Both the position numbers and the translations under genes were made by a program. Shown here in pieces: positions 1-13,871 of a stretch of 64,000 nucleotides of DNA (positions are counted from its first letter, which is position 1; the number at the start of each line of letters is the position of its first letter). This DNA is from Euglena gracilis (lineage: Eukaryota). The stretch covers positions 31,706,012 to 31,770,011 of the forward strand of contig CP154954.1 in the NCBI GenBank assembly GCA_039621445.1. The letters run 5' to 3'. The notes under the pieces are model-generated. The model saw only the letters and a program-made list of their open reading frames with translations. It did not search any database and was not told the origin of the DNA.

Positions 1-1151
1 AACGTGACGTTTGACTAGGATGCGGATGCCTTCTTGTGGCAGGAGGACATCATCTGCATCCTGCCATGGAAAGACGCGTTGCTCTGATACAATCATCCCG
101 CGAAAGCCGTAATTTTGTTGGACAGGTGGATTGAGCTTCTGTTCTTCAACGACCAGAAATGGAACTACTATGTTCGCCATGTTTGGCGTTTCTACAGTGC
201 CATTTCGCCAAGGGTGTTTGCCCAGTACTCTGGGGAAACATTTCTTTTGACAATAGGACGGATGGCCAAATTATCAGGCTCTGTACAGTTTGTCACAACA
301 TCCGTAACAGCGCTCTGGCTGTGCACGTCCGTTAAGCGAACACCAAAAGTAAAACATTTCACCACAACGTTTTTGTTCCAAACACAGCCGCATTCATCTG
401 CGGTGACTGTCTCCTTGCTTGGGGACAATTGAAAAACTGTCGATGGTCGGAAGAGGAACGAGCCCGTGACGTACCGGTTTTCTGTGTCAACTGCCTACGG
501 GCAGACATATGGTTGCCCGCAGGTGGCAGAAATCTCAAGGCCGCACCCTGAAGCGAGGAAATTCTAGAAGGTTCCTTGAATTACTTCAAAAAAACCGACA
601 GATGTAACTACACAAAAGATTCAAGAAAGTTGAGCCCCTTGAGCGCAGCGGAATCGCCTTTGACTTCCAAACTGATTCCGGCGGAATCAGACTTGCTGTG
701 TAATGTACAAAAGGGCGATTGCCCCTACTTTTTAATGCCGACTACTGGAAACCAGTCATTTATCCTTTATTCATAAAGGAGACCACTGTCTCGCAAACAA
801 CGCGACCTTGGTTACTCCCTGACTACCCACCAGAACGACGTGGTTATAAATATTTTTTTCGGAAAGAGTTGGCTCCATTCTGAAACCACACGTCACCTGC
901 TGTGCCTGTGCGTCCCGCTCGCACAACGTTGATTTCAACGTTCTTCCTGGGATGCCACCAAAGGTGCCAGCAAACCATCCAAGATGGAACTACTACATAT
1001 GGCCTGCAACTTTTCTGAGAGTTCCATGGAAAAATTTGCAGATTTTCCTTCATAAGCGAGCTGAAACACTAAAAACTGAACTACCAAAGGAAATCCAAGA
1101 AGTCAAAAGCTCGGTTATCCCAGGGATCGTCATGGACGATCCTGATAAGAA

Positions 1152-1757
1152 TCCAGACCTGCGTCCAATGGAGATGACCTTGATAACAGACCAAGACATG
1201 GGTAGGTACTTCAAAGAAACCCGCAAACGCTGAGGGTTCCCTGCCGTGTACACTCAGGCATGGCTGAAATGAGCAGCGTCCCACAGAATGAGCAATACGC
1301 ATGTCATCATCGCCTTCAACTGCGTTTTAAGAATGTGCGGCAGAATCCCCTTAAGTGTGGTCGATAACATGGTTGATGTCAAAGAGTCAAGGCTACAAAG
1401 ACACTACGGTGTCAGTAAGAATACGCACAAAGCACAGCACTCGTGATAAGTACCCCAGACCTCTGTCCAATGGAGGTGACCTTGGTACAAGACCCTGACA
1501 TTGGTAGGTTCTTCAAGGAAACCCGCAAACGCTGAGGGTTCCATGCCGTGTACACTCAGCCACGGCTGAAATGAGCGGCGTCCCACATAATGAACGAGTT
1601 CTCGAGCGTGAATACGCATTTCATCGTCGCCTTCAACTCCTTTTGTAGACTATGCGGCGGAATCTCCTTAAGTGTGGTTGATAACACGTTGATCTCCAAG
1701 GGTCAAGTCTACAAAGACACAACGGTGTCAGTAAGAATACGCACAAAGCACAACACT
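1152..1757. repeat. Two diverged tandem copies of a ~300-bp unit
   Basis: CCAGACCT..GTCCAATGGAG...GTCAGTAAGAATACGCACAAAGCAC occurs at ~1152-1445 and ~1455-1757; no intact ORF. Confidence 0.75.
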
Positions 1758-2339
1758 CGCGCCAGAATTCTTTTGTGCTTTCCCCCGCAAACTCGTTAAC
1801 CGTAATTTGGAAGCAGAGTATCCTGGTACTGTATCTCTTAACCTGGGACTGTGCCTTGCATCCAGACTGGCCGGGTCCGAAAAGGTAAATTAGGAAGAGC
1901 CCTGGAAGGGGGATGTGTACCAGGCTGACATTCTGCCTTGGCACTGTGTACCAGATACCATAGGCTACGTCCTACAAACTGGCAACGGCCGGGCCGTGCA
2001 TAGTGCTATGGTTAATCATAAGACTAATGGAGAATCTCGAGGCCATAGCGAAGGCTTAGCGAAAGTACCTGGTTCCCAATTCAAGCTTATAGGGTTTGCT
2101 GCTTTGCAATTCTCTTTTAGAAAATGTGGGCGAAGTCCCTTTGAATAGAGAACTTTACTACCTCTTTGACAAAGTTCGAACAAGCAGAAGATACTTTCAA
2201 AGAAGGGACTGCGGTCCCACCTTTCCCCCCTGCCTTTGTGATTTGCAGCAAAAGGGGAAAGGGAAAGCAAATTTTATTATTACTCCCCACTCTAAACTTT
2301 CGGGAGAAAGGGATAGTGCAAACGCGAGGGCAGGACGTA

Positions 2340-4772
2340 CACTCAAAGCTCCCTTAAATGGACGATCCTACAGCAAACCAGCAGCAGGCTGCAGGGGAAG
2401 GGAATCCACACCCCCTTGGAACCTCTTCTGCTGGTGCCGACTTCTTTTTCAGGCGAAGACGTCCCAAGTGTGCCCCTTGGACCATCACGGGAGGAAACCT
2501 ACCCTTCCACGCAAAATGGCCCAGGGGTGGGTGGGGTCACAAACAGGTGGCGAAATGGTAAAACTGGGGCAGTTAAATGCAAGAGAATTTGATCAACCGC
2601 GCTTCGCCACACCCCACTGCCGAGACTTTGAATGAGATTCCCACGCAGTAAAAAAACACCCACCGCGGCATTACCACAGGCCTCCAGCGGCCGTGTTGCA
2701 AACATAGATAAATTACTGGGTTTACTGCCCCAACAACAGCCACAGACACAGCACGCGGAATGCCACAAACATCAACCAACTACCTTGAATGTGACCTGTC
2801 CAGCTCGCCATTACTTCCCCTTCATTTTCTTCCTTCTCTTCCTTCTCCTCCCTGTTCTGGGGTTTCCTTCTGTCTGCACCCCCTTGCCGCATATCTCGGT
2901 TGCATTTCTGATTTTTCTGTTTTCGTCTCCAGAATTATCTTCAGCACTTCTGTCCCAAATATTCCCATGTCGAATCTGACATTAAAGTCTTCAGCACGAC
3001 TGCCCAGATCATGCACTTTCTGAGTACCTTGGGCAGAGAACTTGTTTGTATAGGCAGGACTGACTTGTTTGTGAAAGATCCAGGCAGCATGCCACAATTG
3101 CAGTTGATGGCATGCAGATGACACCTTCCGCAACACTGGCATTCCTCACGCTTCAGAATACAGAACTTGCATACCCAGCAGTTCTTGCACAAATTTTCCC
3201 TTGAATTCGCCAAGCACTTGGGACACCCAATTCCGGGGGGACCTTCCCAATTCTTCTTCCCGATGCTACGCAGTATAAGCAAATACCCCAGAAGGCTTGA
3301 GAATTCCAGTCGACATAGCCAAGCAAACAAGATAACCCCCCCCCCCAAATATAAAACCCCCCTGGTTTTATATTTGGGCGGAAATTTAAAGACCCCGAGG
3401 GGGGGTTTTACATTGGGGGGGTTTTTATATTCGGTCGGAAAAATCAACTTCCCGGCGGGCTTCGGTAGTCACTTTTTCGGTCCCAAATCACAAATACGCC
3501 CACCCTTGGGGGTCCAAAAATTACATTTTTCGGGCGAAGGAACAATTTTCACATGTTTTTGGCAAAAATTGCTCCCAAATCTGCCAAAAATCACAATTTT
3601 GGGAGATATTTTGTCGAAGAAATTTTCTTCCGGCGCTTCGCTTATATTCGGGCGGGATTTCAAGGTCCTCAGGGGGGGTTTTATATTTTGGGGGGTTTTG
3701 TATTTGGGGGGTTTTATATTTGGGGGGGGTTTATGAGATTTGCCCCACCCAAAAGATGAATTAGTAACCTCTCTGCTGGAAGTCCTTAATTCACCAATCT
3801 GCAATGCCAAATGTTGTAATGCCACAGTCTCCCTTGCCAAAAACTGCTGGGCAGCGAGGCCACTCACACTGCCCTCTCCGGTCGAGCATTGCTGGGTCCA
3901 ACTGGCAACAAAACGAGTCAAAAAATCAAATGTAGCCTTTGCTGCTGTCACACCCGTAACCCAAAAAAATATGACTTTTGATCATGGTTCGAAGTGTTGC
4001 ATCTGTCTTGGGAAAAAGCCCACTCAAGTGGACGTTCCTACAGCAAACCAGCAGGCAAGCTGCAGAGGAAGGGCACCCACACCCCCTTGGAACCTCTTCC
4101 CTCGGTCACATATTCTCTTTCAGGGGAAGACATCCCAAAGATGCTCCTTGGACCATCACGGGAGGGCACCTACCCTTCCACGCAAAATGGCCCAGGGGTG
4201 GGTGAGGTCCCCCGCAGGTTGCGAAATGGGAAAACTGGGGCAGTAAAGTGAAGGATAATTTGATTCACCGCGGCTCGCCACACCCCACTGCCGAGACTTT
4301 GAAAGAGATTTCCACCCAGTAAAAAAACACCCGCCGCGGCATTACCACTTGCCTTCAGCGACCATTCCGCAAACATAGATGAATTACTGGGTTTACTGCC
4401 CCAAAAACAGCCACAGACACAGCACGTGGCATGCCATGGATTTCGTCAACCTTCAGAATACAGAACTTTCATTCAAAGCAGTTCTTGCACAAATTTCCGC
4501 TTGAATTCGCCAAGCACTTGGGACAACCAAACCCGGAGGGAACTTTCCCAGTTCTTCTTCCCGTTGCTACGCAGTACAAGCAAATTCACCGGAAGGCTTG
4601 TGAATTCCAGTCGACAGAGCCACGCAAACAAGTCATGAGATTTGTTCTACCCGAAAAATGAATTAGTAACCCCTGTGCTGGAATTCCTTAATTCACCAAT
4701 CTGCAGTGCCAATTGTTGTTATGCCACAGGCTGGCTTGCCAAAAATTGCTGGGCAGCAAGGCCACTAACACT
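2340..4772. repeat. Diverged duplicated segments of an unidentified decayed element
   Basis: 2340-2760 resembles 4020-4435; 3150-3330 resembles 4450-4630; 3735-3870 resembles 4635-4770. Minus-strand fragments are Cys-rich (CPKCLANSRENLCKNCWVCKFC) but broken. Confidence 0.65.
3335..3731. mobile_element. MITE with TA target-site duplication (Tc1/mariner- or Stowaway-like)
   Basis: TIRs ACCCC..CAAATATAAAACCCCC / GGGGGTTTTATATTTGGGGGGGGTT flanked by TA at 3333-3334 and 3732-3733. The paralogous empty site is at ~4628-4642 (AAACAAGTCATGAGATTT). Confidence 0.8.
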
Positions 4773-4947
4773 TGAACGGCCACAATGGCCTGATTGGGTT
4801 CTGAGTCGCCGTGTCCATTTAGAAAACTTGAGGGATTCTTGCGGCCTCACCCTTCACCCCTTGGGGGGTGGTGTGATTCAGAAAGGATGAGGATGGTGTC
4901 TCTAACCTTTTCTGCCCCTGCCATGTCCTGTGGGGTCCTGGTGCTGC

Positions 4948-5456
4948 TGAAAAACCTTCTTGGTTGGAAATTTCTTTGGATCCTCGGCCTCGGCTGTTTT
5001 TTGAGGGGGCTGCCGGCCTTCGAAGTCAAAATCATCAAGTTTTGCTTAATTTTTTGCTCTTGAGCTTTTCAAAATCAAACTTCATTCATTTTTTGTCAAA
5101 TTCAGGTTCTTCCAAGCACAATCAATTGATGTTTTTTTGTGGTCTTCACCAGTACATTGTATGGACAATGAACCCTGTGTGTGAGATAGGGTTTGATACT
5201 GCGGAGTTCGATTGGGGCTGTGCTTAACTAGGAATTTGCTCTGTTCCTACCGACCGGAAAAATTCGGCCGACTGATCCAGGAAATCTCGCCAGTTAAGGC
5301 CGGCAAGGCCAAAATAGAGGTTCAGGCTTCAAAGGCCTACCAACAGAACCTTTTCCGATCTTTTAATTCGACTGAAATCCAAAAATGGGAATTTCAGTGA
5401 TTTTCCAAGCCCCAGGACTAATTTAGGTCAAATTGTTGGTTAAGGACCCCTTAACA
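4948..5456 (-). repeat. Gypsy 3' LTR, duplicate copy (509 bp), PPT at 5457-5468
   Basis: TG...CA ends (TGAAAA...TTAACA on +); homologous to 20600-21104; minus-strand purine tract AAAGTGGGGGAG abuts it. Confidence 0.85.
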
Positions 5457-6400
5457 CTCCCCCACTTTGAAAAATCTCGGGGAGATTTTGAAAAATGACA
5501 GTAAAATGAAGGGGTCCGCACGAAAGAAACAAGTTGGGGGGACACATTCACCCGTGGTTTGTGTTGCGGGTGGTCAGTAAGCGTAATATTCAAATAACTT
5601 TCGAGTGTCGAAGGAGAACAGCGACGGGGGTGGGGGCGGTTCGAGGGGCACGCTTACCACGCGACGTGTGGCACGGTGCGGCGCACGGTGCAACGGTGCG
5701 GGCCACGGTGGCGGTCAGCCGCGTGCGTCACCTCCGCATCACCAACGGGCGGAAAGGCTTTAGAGGCCCCGTACCACCCCCACAACCAGTGTTGCGGGTC
5801 TCCTCCATGGTATCTCCTCGGTGAAGGTCCGCGTATGTGTAAGTCGTGAGGTGTTGCAATGTAGCTGGGGGTCGAAAAAACAAACGGGGGGGTGTAATAG
5901 GATATGTCGTTTCACAGCCCGTCTTGCCAAGGGTTGCTTTGCAAATCGAAAGGTGCACGGCAAGCGATAACAAGCTCAAATGCACACTCTCACCTTTCTG
6001 ATTTTGGTCCTTTTGGTGTCTTTCGGGACCTTCTCAATTTTTTTTTTGAGGGTTCTTTTTTGTGTCGTTTCTTAGAACCAAACCTCTTTTGTGGTTTACC
6101 TTCTTTTTTGTTGTTGCAACTTTTGTTTTGCTTTCCACCTCTTAACCCAACCGTTCGAACCTTTTATTGATTTCCTTTGTGTGTGTTCGTGTGTCTCTCG
6201 ACCTGTTACCCGCTGCAGACGACTACCAAAAATCAAAAGATCGAAAAGGAAAGCGACCCCGCAACCCACGGGACCGATTCCCCACGAAACTTGGCGCCTT
6301 GAAAAAAACTGAAAAAATCTGAGAAATGGAGAAGACCCCTGACTTCCTCAAACGGAACCTCCCCGAATTCTCTTTTTGAAATACACCACGAGGTCGATAT

Positions 6401-9360
6401 TCAAATTTGCCTCCTCGGCGTAAACAAACAATTCTCGGGCGTAACGATGGAAAAAATGCCCGATGGGTTCCCAAGGTAATCCCATTCATCCCAACCCTTC
6501 CATTTCACAAGAAATTGCCATTGTCCATTTGCACCTTTTCCATGTGAAATAATTTTTTCCACAACATATTCTCCGGGGGTAGCTTCTACGTCCTCGGTTT
6601 CGCTTTGGCAAAAATTCAATGGTAGGGTTTGTCCAACGAATTTGTCTTCCGCATGCAATTTCAATTGTGTGATGTGCACGCTTTGCATTACACCAGGTTT
6701 AACCTCGATCTGGTATGAACCTTGACCCAAACGTCGTTTAACCTCACAAGGACCCAACCAACGCCTTTTCAAATTTGCTTGCAAATTGGATGGACACAAA
6801 CACCAAACTTTCTGCCCAATGTCCAAAATTGGTTTTTCAGCCCTTTGAGAATTCAAATCCTCAAAACGTTGTAAATGAAGGGAGTTTAATTTTTCAGCAA
6901 TTTTTGAATCCAAGTCGGACATTATTTTGGAAAAATCTGAAGCTTCCTCCGCTTCGCGAGGAATGGGAAAAGGAAAACCAGCCGATGGCATGCTTCGTGC
7001 AAAAACAATTTCATAGAGGGATAAGTCACTTGGCCCAGGGATGTTACGAAATTTCCTCCTCACCAATGGCAAAATTTCAACCCACTTTGTGTCCATCTCG
7101 TCGCAAACTTTCCGAAGCCATGTTTTGAACTCCTTTCCTTGCACCTGCGCCCTACGGTTCGCTTGATGGTGATACGATTGCTCCTTTGCGCTACGTATTC
7201 CCATGCAACCGCACATCGTGAGCCACCATGCCCCTGAATATCGGAGGCCTTGGTCACTCGGGATGACAGTTTGCAAGCCAAATAAATCCAACCACCGATT
7301 AAACATTTCCTTAGCCACCGCCTTAGCAGTACACTCTTTTCTCCTATGTGGTGTTGCTATTGTCCAACCCCTTAGGCGATCTACAAATTTCGGACGGGGC
7401 ATATTAAAGAGGTCGATCGAAACACTTGACCCCAAAAATGGTGGTATGATGGTGGGACGCAAAGGCCCCTTCAAATAAAAACGTGGGGGGCTGTGCGCTT
7501 GACAAATTTCGCTCGTTTTAGAAACCAACAAAGGTATTTCTTTTGCCCCCACCAAGGGTGAAAAATGAAAATGTTTTGTCTAGCCTTTCCCCACAAACGT
7601 GTCCCATGTGGGCGTGGTGCTCCCGGACAAAAGGTCCAGTTATACTGGCGGGTACACAAAAGTCCTTGGAAAAATAGTCGGTTGTCCAAAATTTGAAAAT
7701 TTTCAGGCCAATTTTCCGAATGCGGTTTATGTACCTCCTCCTAAATATCGTTAAAATACGCACACCGTGCATACAAAGTGGACACATCCCGGAGCATAAC
7801 AGCTTTCTTGGACAAATTTTCGTCCTCCCCCCCTTGATTTTCTGGGCTATCAATGGGAACTTGCTGCCCGGGAAGGTTTTTCGTCTCCCCCCCTTCCTCC
7901 ACTTCATTGCCCGTGGTATCCACAAGGGAGATAATTTTTTCCAACACCGAAATCTTCCTGGAAAAATCAAAATCAACAACTGCACCGTTTTTGTGCAAGC
8001 GAACAAACATGCAAGCTCGTTCCATTTTTTTCTCGTTTTCCAAAATTTCAGCCCTTTACCTTTCATCCTCCTCCGACCCATGCCATGAAACGTCTGCAAA
8101 ACTTTGTGATGCGGGGTAAGCCAACCTTGTCATACAATTTGCGGGTAGCTGTTGCTTACCGGGTATATACGCTACGTTTAGCAAAAATTTGCTGAGTTTT
8201 TGGTGCCACCGTGCCCTTCGGCTTGCCACCCTGCCCATTTTCGAAGGCCGGATGCGACCACATATGCCTCCTTATCACGAATATCCCAGGTTTTTTCTTG
8301 GGGGGGGGTCAGTTTCCGTGACACGAATGCCACGGGAACCGTTTTCCCTTCCATGGAATTTTCCTTGCTTAATTCCACCTCACCTACGGGAAGTTGTTCC
8401 AACACCGCACCAATGGACCTACCCGATGCATCCACATTCAAAATAAAAGGTCGGTCGGGGTCAACAACTTGTAACGACAATCCCTTAACCACCACTTTTT
8501 TTGTTTCCTCAAAAGATCTCCTACTTTCATCGTCCCACTTAACCGGGACTTTGGAACCGGCCTTGCCATCCCCACGACCAACCCGAAGTTTGACTTGAAG
8601 GGGGGCTGCCAACTCAGAAAAATTTTCAATGTAGGAACAATAATGGTTGGCAAAATCACAAAACGCACGAAGACCGGTTGTAGTTTGGGGTAGATCCCGT
8701 TTTTCCACGGCCAAAAATTTGCCGGGGGGAGGTTTTCTCAGGCCTTCTTTCAAAGTGTGGCCCAAAAACTCAACCTCCTTTTGGAAAAATTTGCACTTCG
8801 AAAATCTGGCTACCCATTGTTTTTTCACGAAGTAAGTCCAAAATGGTGCGAATTTCAAAATCGTGTCTTCTCAAAAGTTGTTCCGTACCCAAAATTTCTT
8901 GGGGGGTGGCAATGAGAATATCGTCGATATAACCATCGGCGATTTCTAGTGCGGGGGCAAGTGTCGCTTCCAAATTCCTTTGAAAATATTGCACACCATT
9001 TTTCCAACCAGTTACAACCACATTGCACCGATCCTTGGGGGGTGTAAGTGACGGTAATTTGCCTTGAATCGGGACGGAGGGGGATTTGATGAAAAGCATC
9101 CACCAAATCGATTGTTGAAAATTTTTTTTTTTGCCTTGCCCAATCAAAGGCTCCTCCACCCGGTGTAAATGGTATGCATCCTCCATGCATTGGGAATTCA
9201 TGTAGCGGGCATGAACCACCCCCCTCCGTCTTTTGTGTAAGGGGGCTATCGGGGGTACATGCGGTTTTTTCACGGGAAACGAGGGCATACCCCATGGATC
9301 CTCACAAGGCTCTACCTTACCTTGCCTTAACCATTCCGTGGTTATTGCCTTCATTGCATC
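6401..9360 (-). pseudogene. pol: Duplicated Gypsy pol 3' half: RT, RNase H, integrase, chromodomain (frameshifted)
   Basis: GYIDDILI (RT); RPFILNVDASGRSIGAVLEQ and PVAFVSRKL (RNase H); SVSIDLF and IPSDQG (integrase); YVVEKIISH..QFLVKWKGW (chromodomain). Confidence 0.9.
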
Positions 9361-9408
9361 CTCTAAACGTTTCTGCCCCTGCCATGTCCTGTGGGGTCCT
9401 GGTGCTGC

Positions 9409-9917
9409 TGAAAAACCTTCTTGGTTGGAAATTTCTTTGGATCCTCGGCCTCGGCTGTTTTTTGAGGGGGCTGCCGGCCTTCGAAGTCAAAATCATCAAG
9501 TTTTGCTTTATTTTTTGCTCTTGAGCTTTTCAAAATCAAACTTCATTCATTTTTTGTCAAATTCAGGTTCTTCCAAGCACAATCAATTGATGTTTTTTTG
9601 TGGTCTTCACCAGTACATTGTATGGACAATGAACCCTGTGTGTGAGATAGGGTTTGATACTGCGGAGTTCGATTGGGGCTGTGCTTAACTAGGAATTTGC
9701 TCTGTTCCTACCGACCGGAAAAATTCGGCCGACTGATCCAGGAAATCTCGCCAGTTAAGGCCGGCAAGGCCAAAATAGAGGTTCAGGCTTCAAAGGCCTA
9801 CCAACAGAACCTTTTCCAATCTTTTAATTCGACTGAAATCCAAAAAAGGGAATTTAGGTGATTTTTCAAGCCCCAGGACTAATTTAGGTCAAATTGTTGG
9901 TTAAGGACCCCTTAACA
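9409..9917 (-). repeat. Gypsy 3' LTR
   Basis: TG..CA ends; PPT immediately internal; homologous to the 5' LTR but visibly diverged, including a short indel near GGGTTTGATA. Confidence 0.87.
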
Positions 9918-10851
9918 CTCCCCCACTTTGAAAAATCTCGGGGAGATTTTGAAAAATGACAGTAAAATGAAGGGGTCCGCACGAAAGAAACAAGTTGGGG
10001 GGACACATTCACCCGTGGTTTGTGTTGCGGGTGGTCAGTAAGCGTAATATTCAAATAACTTTCGAGTGTCGAAGGAGAACAGCGACGGGGGTGGGGGCGG
10101 TTCGAGGGGCACGCCTACCACGCGACGTGTGGCACGGTGCGGCGCACGGTGCAACGGTGCGGGCAACGGTGGCGGTCATCCGCGTGCGTCACCGCCGCAT
10201 CACCAACAGGCGGAAAGGCTTTAGAGGCCCCGTACCACCCCCACAACCAGTGTTGCGGGTCTCCTCCATGGTATCTCCTCGGTGAAGGTCCGCGTATGTG
10301 TAAGTCGTGAGGTGTTGCAATGTAGCTGGGGGTCGAAAAAACAAACGGGGGGGTGTAATAGGATATGTCGTTTCACAGCCCGTCTTGCCAAGGGTTGCTT
10401 TGCAAATCGAAAGGTGCACGGCAAGCAATAACAAGCTCAAATGCACACTCTCACCTTTCTGATTTTGGTCCTTTTGGTGTCTTTCGGGACCTTCTCAATT
10501 TTTTTTTTGAGGGTTCTTTTTTGTGTCGTTTCTTAGAACCAAACCTCTTTTGTGGTTTACCTTCTTTTTTGTTGTTGCAACTTTTGTTTTGCTTTCCACC
10601 TCTTCACCCAACCGTTCGAACCTTTTATTGATTTCCTTTGTGTGTGTTCGTGTGTCTCTCGACCTGTTACCCGCTGCAGACGACTACCAAAAATCAAAAG
10701 ATCGAAAAGGAAAGCGACCCCGCACCGATTCCCCACGAAACTTGGCGCCTTGAAAAAAACTGAAAAAATCTGAGAAATGGAGAAGACCCCTGACTTCCTC
10801 AAACGGAACCTCCCCGAATTCTCTTTTTGAAATACACCACGAGGTCGATAT

Positions 10852-12080
10852 TCAAATTTGCCTCCTCGGCGTAAACAAACAATTCTCGGGCGTAACGATG
10901 GAAAAAATGCCCGATGGGTTCCCAAGGTAATCCCATTCATCCCAACCCTTCCATTTCACAAGAAATTGCCATTGTCCATTTGCACCTTTTCCATGTGAAA
11001 TAATTTTTTCCACAACATATTCTCCGGGGGTAGCTTCTACGTCCTCGGTTTCGCTTTGGCAAAAATTCAATGGTAGGGTTTGTCCAACGAATTTGTCTTC
11101 CGCATGCAATTTCAATTGTGTGATGTGCACGCTTTGCATTACACCAGGTTTAACCTCGATCTGGTATGAACCTTGACCCAAACGTCGTTTAACCTCACAA
11201 GGACCCAACCAACGCCTTTTCAAATTTGCTTGCAAATTGGATGGACACAAACACCAAACTTTCTGCCCAATGTCCAAAATTGGTTTTTCAGCCCTTTGAG
11301 AATTCAAATCCTCAAAACGTTGTAAATGAAGGGAGTTTAATTTTTCAGCAATTTTTGAATCCAAGTCGGACATTATTTTGGAAAAATCTGAAGCTTCCTC
11401 CGCTTCGCGAGGAATGGGAAAAGGAAAACCAGCCGATGGCATGCTTCGTGCAAAAACAATTTCATAGAGGGATAAGTCACTTGGCCCAGGGATGTTACGA
11501 AATTTCCTCCTCACCAATGGCAAAATTTCAACCCACTTTGTGTCCATCTCGTCGCAAACTTTCCGAAGCCATGTTTTGAACTCCTTTCCTTGCACCTGCG
11601 CCCTACGGTTCGCTTGATGGTGATACGATTGCTCCTTTGCGCTACGTATTCCCATGCAACCGCACATCGTGAGCCACCATGCCCCTGAATATCGGAGGCC
11701 TTGGTCACTCGGGATGACAGTTTGCAAGCCAAATAAATCCAACCACCGATTAAACATTTCCTTAGCCACCGCCTTAGCAGTACACTCTTTTCTCCTATGT
11801 GGTGTTGCTATTGTCCAACCCCTTAGGCGATCTACAAATTTCAGACGGGGCATATTAAAGAGGTCGATCGAAACACTTGACCCCAAAAATGGTGGTATGA
11901 TGGTGGGACGCAAAGGCCCCTTCAAATAAAAACGTGGGGGGCTGTGCGCTTGACAAATTTCGCTCGTTTTAGAAACCAACAAAGGTATTTCTTTTGCCCC
12001 CACCAAGGGTGAAAAATGAAAATGTTTTTTCTAGCCTTTCCCCACAAACGTGTCCCATGTGGGCGTGGTGCTCCCGGACA
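10852..12080 (-). pseudogene. pol: Integrase with C-terminal chromodomain
   Basis: HHAHMGH...EICQ zinc-finger remnant; SIDLF and SDQG acidic motifs; WLGPCEV (GPY/F-like); chromodomain YVVEKIISHGKGANGQWQFLVKWKGW continuing as ITWEP after a frameshift. Confidence 0.9.
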
Positions 12081-12509
12081 AAAGGTCCAGTTATACTGGC
12101 GGGTACACACAAAAGTCCTTGGAAAAATAGTCGGTTGTCCAAAATTTGAAAATTTTCAGGCCAATTTTCCGAATGCGGTTTATGTACCTCCTCCTAAATA
12201 TCGTTAAAATACGCACACCGTGCATACAAAGTGGACACATCCCGGAGCATAACAGCTTTCTTGGACAAATTTTCGTCCTCCCCCCCTTGATTTTCTGGGC
12301 TATCAAGGGGAACTTGCTGCCCGGGAAGGTTTTTCGTCTCCCCCCCTTCCTCCACTTCATTGCCCGTGGTATCCACGAGGGAGATGATTTTTTCCAACAC
12401 CGAAATCTTCCTGGAAAAATCAAAATCAACAACTTCACCGTTTTTGTGCAAGCGAACAAACATGCAAGCTCGTTCCATTTTTTTCTCGTTTTCCAAAATT
12501 TCAGCCCTT

Positions 12510-13871
12510 TACCTTTCATCCTCCTCCGACCCATGCCATGAAACGTCCGCAAAACTTTGTGATGCGGGGTAAGCCAACCTTGTCATACAATTTGCGGGTA
12601 GCTGTTGCTTACCGGGTATATACGCTACGTTTAGCAAAAATTTGCTGAGTTTTTGGTGCCACCGTGCCCTTCGGCTTGCCACCCTGCCCATTTTCGACGG
12701 CCGGATGCGACCACATATGCCTCCTTATCACGAATATCCCAGGTTTTTTCTTGGGGGGGGGTCAGTTTCCGTGACACGAATGCCACGGGAACCGTTTTCC
12801 CTTCCATGGAATTTTCCTTGCTTAATTCCACCTCACCTACGGGAAGTTGTTCCAACACCGCACCAATGGACCTACCCGATGCATCCACATTCAAAATAAA
12901 AGGTCGGTCGGGGTCAACAACTTGTAACGACAATCCCTTAACCACCACTTTTTTTTGTTTCCTCAAAAGATCTCCTACTTTCATCGTCCCACTTAACCGG
13001 GACTTTGGAACCGGCCTTGCCATCCCCACGACCAACCCGAAGTTTGACTTGAAGGGGGGCTGCCAACTCAGAAAAATTTTCAATGTAGGAACAATAATGG
13101 TTGGCAAAATCACAAAACGCACGAAGACCGGTTGTAGTTTGGGGTAGATCCCGTTTTTCCACGGCCAAAAATTTGCCGGGGGAAGGTTTTCTCAGGCCTT
13201 CTTTCAAAGTGTGGCCCAAAAACTCAACCTCCTTTTGGAAAAATTTGCACTTCGAAAATCTGGCTACCCATTGTTTTTTCACGAAGTAAGTCCAAAATGG
13301 TGCGAATTTCAAAATCGTGTCTTCTCAAAAGTTGTTCCGTACCCAAAATTTCTTGGGGGGTAGCAATGAGAATATCGTCGATATAACCATCGGCGATTTC
13401 TAGTGCGGGGGCAAGTGTCGCTTCCAAATTCCTTTGACAATATTGCACACCATTTTTCCAACCAGTTACAACCACATTGCACCGATCCTTGGGGGGTGTA
13501 AGTGACGGTAATTTGCCTTGAATCGGGACGGAGGGGGATTTGATGAAAAGCATCCACCAAATCGATTGTTGAAAAAAATTTTTTTTGCCTTGCCCAATCA
13601 AAGGCTCCTCCACCCGGTGTAAATGGTATGCATCCTCCATGCATTGGGAATTCATGTAGCGGGCATGAACCACCCCCCTCCGTCTTTTGTGTAAGGGGGC
13701 TATCGGGGGTACATGCGGTTTTTTCACGGGAAACGAGGGCATACCCCATGGATCCTCACAAGGCTCTACCTTACCTTGCCTTAACCATTCCGTGGTTATT
13801 GCCTTCATTGCATCCAACCTTTCACCCATGAGTTGCATCGGTCTTTGCTTTTTTGGTTGTGTCCCCGGTTT
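12510..13871 (-). pseudogene. pol: Reverse transcriptase and RNase H (frameshifted); N-terminal part continues at 15173-15390 beyond an insertion
   Basis: FSTIDLVDAFHQIPL, GYIDDILIAT, KCKFFQKEVEFLGH, VDASGRSIGAVL, YIPGK. PPVRGPHCEARIF(L)KPGTQP is split by the insertion. Confidence 0.9.

Larger units (their letters stand above)
4900..13814. repeat. Tandem duplication, period ~4461 bp (4900-9360 and 9361-13814): 48 bp flank + 3' LTR + 3' half of Gypsy pol
   Basis: Near-identical sequence and ORF sets offset by ~4450-4461 (ORF 6401-7555 vs 10852-12006; LTR ends 5456 vs 9917). Confidence 0.92.

Noticed and set aside
4773-4947. Extension of the Gypsy LTR to a TG at 4773
   Set aside because: Homology with the 5' LTR stops at 4948/20600, where the PBS abuts; this segment is flanking DNA.
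5534-5824. Extra antisense gene in the Gypsy 3' UTR
   Set aside because: Short, with no recognisable motif; its presence in both near-identical copies is uninformative.
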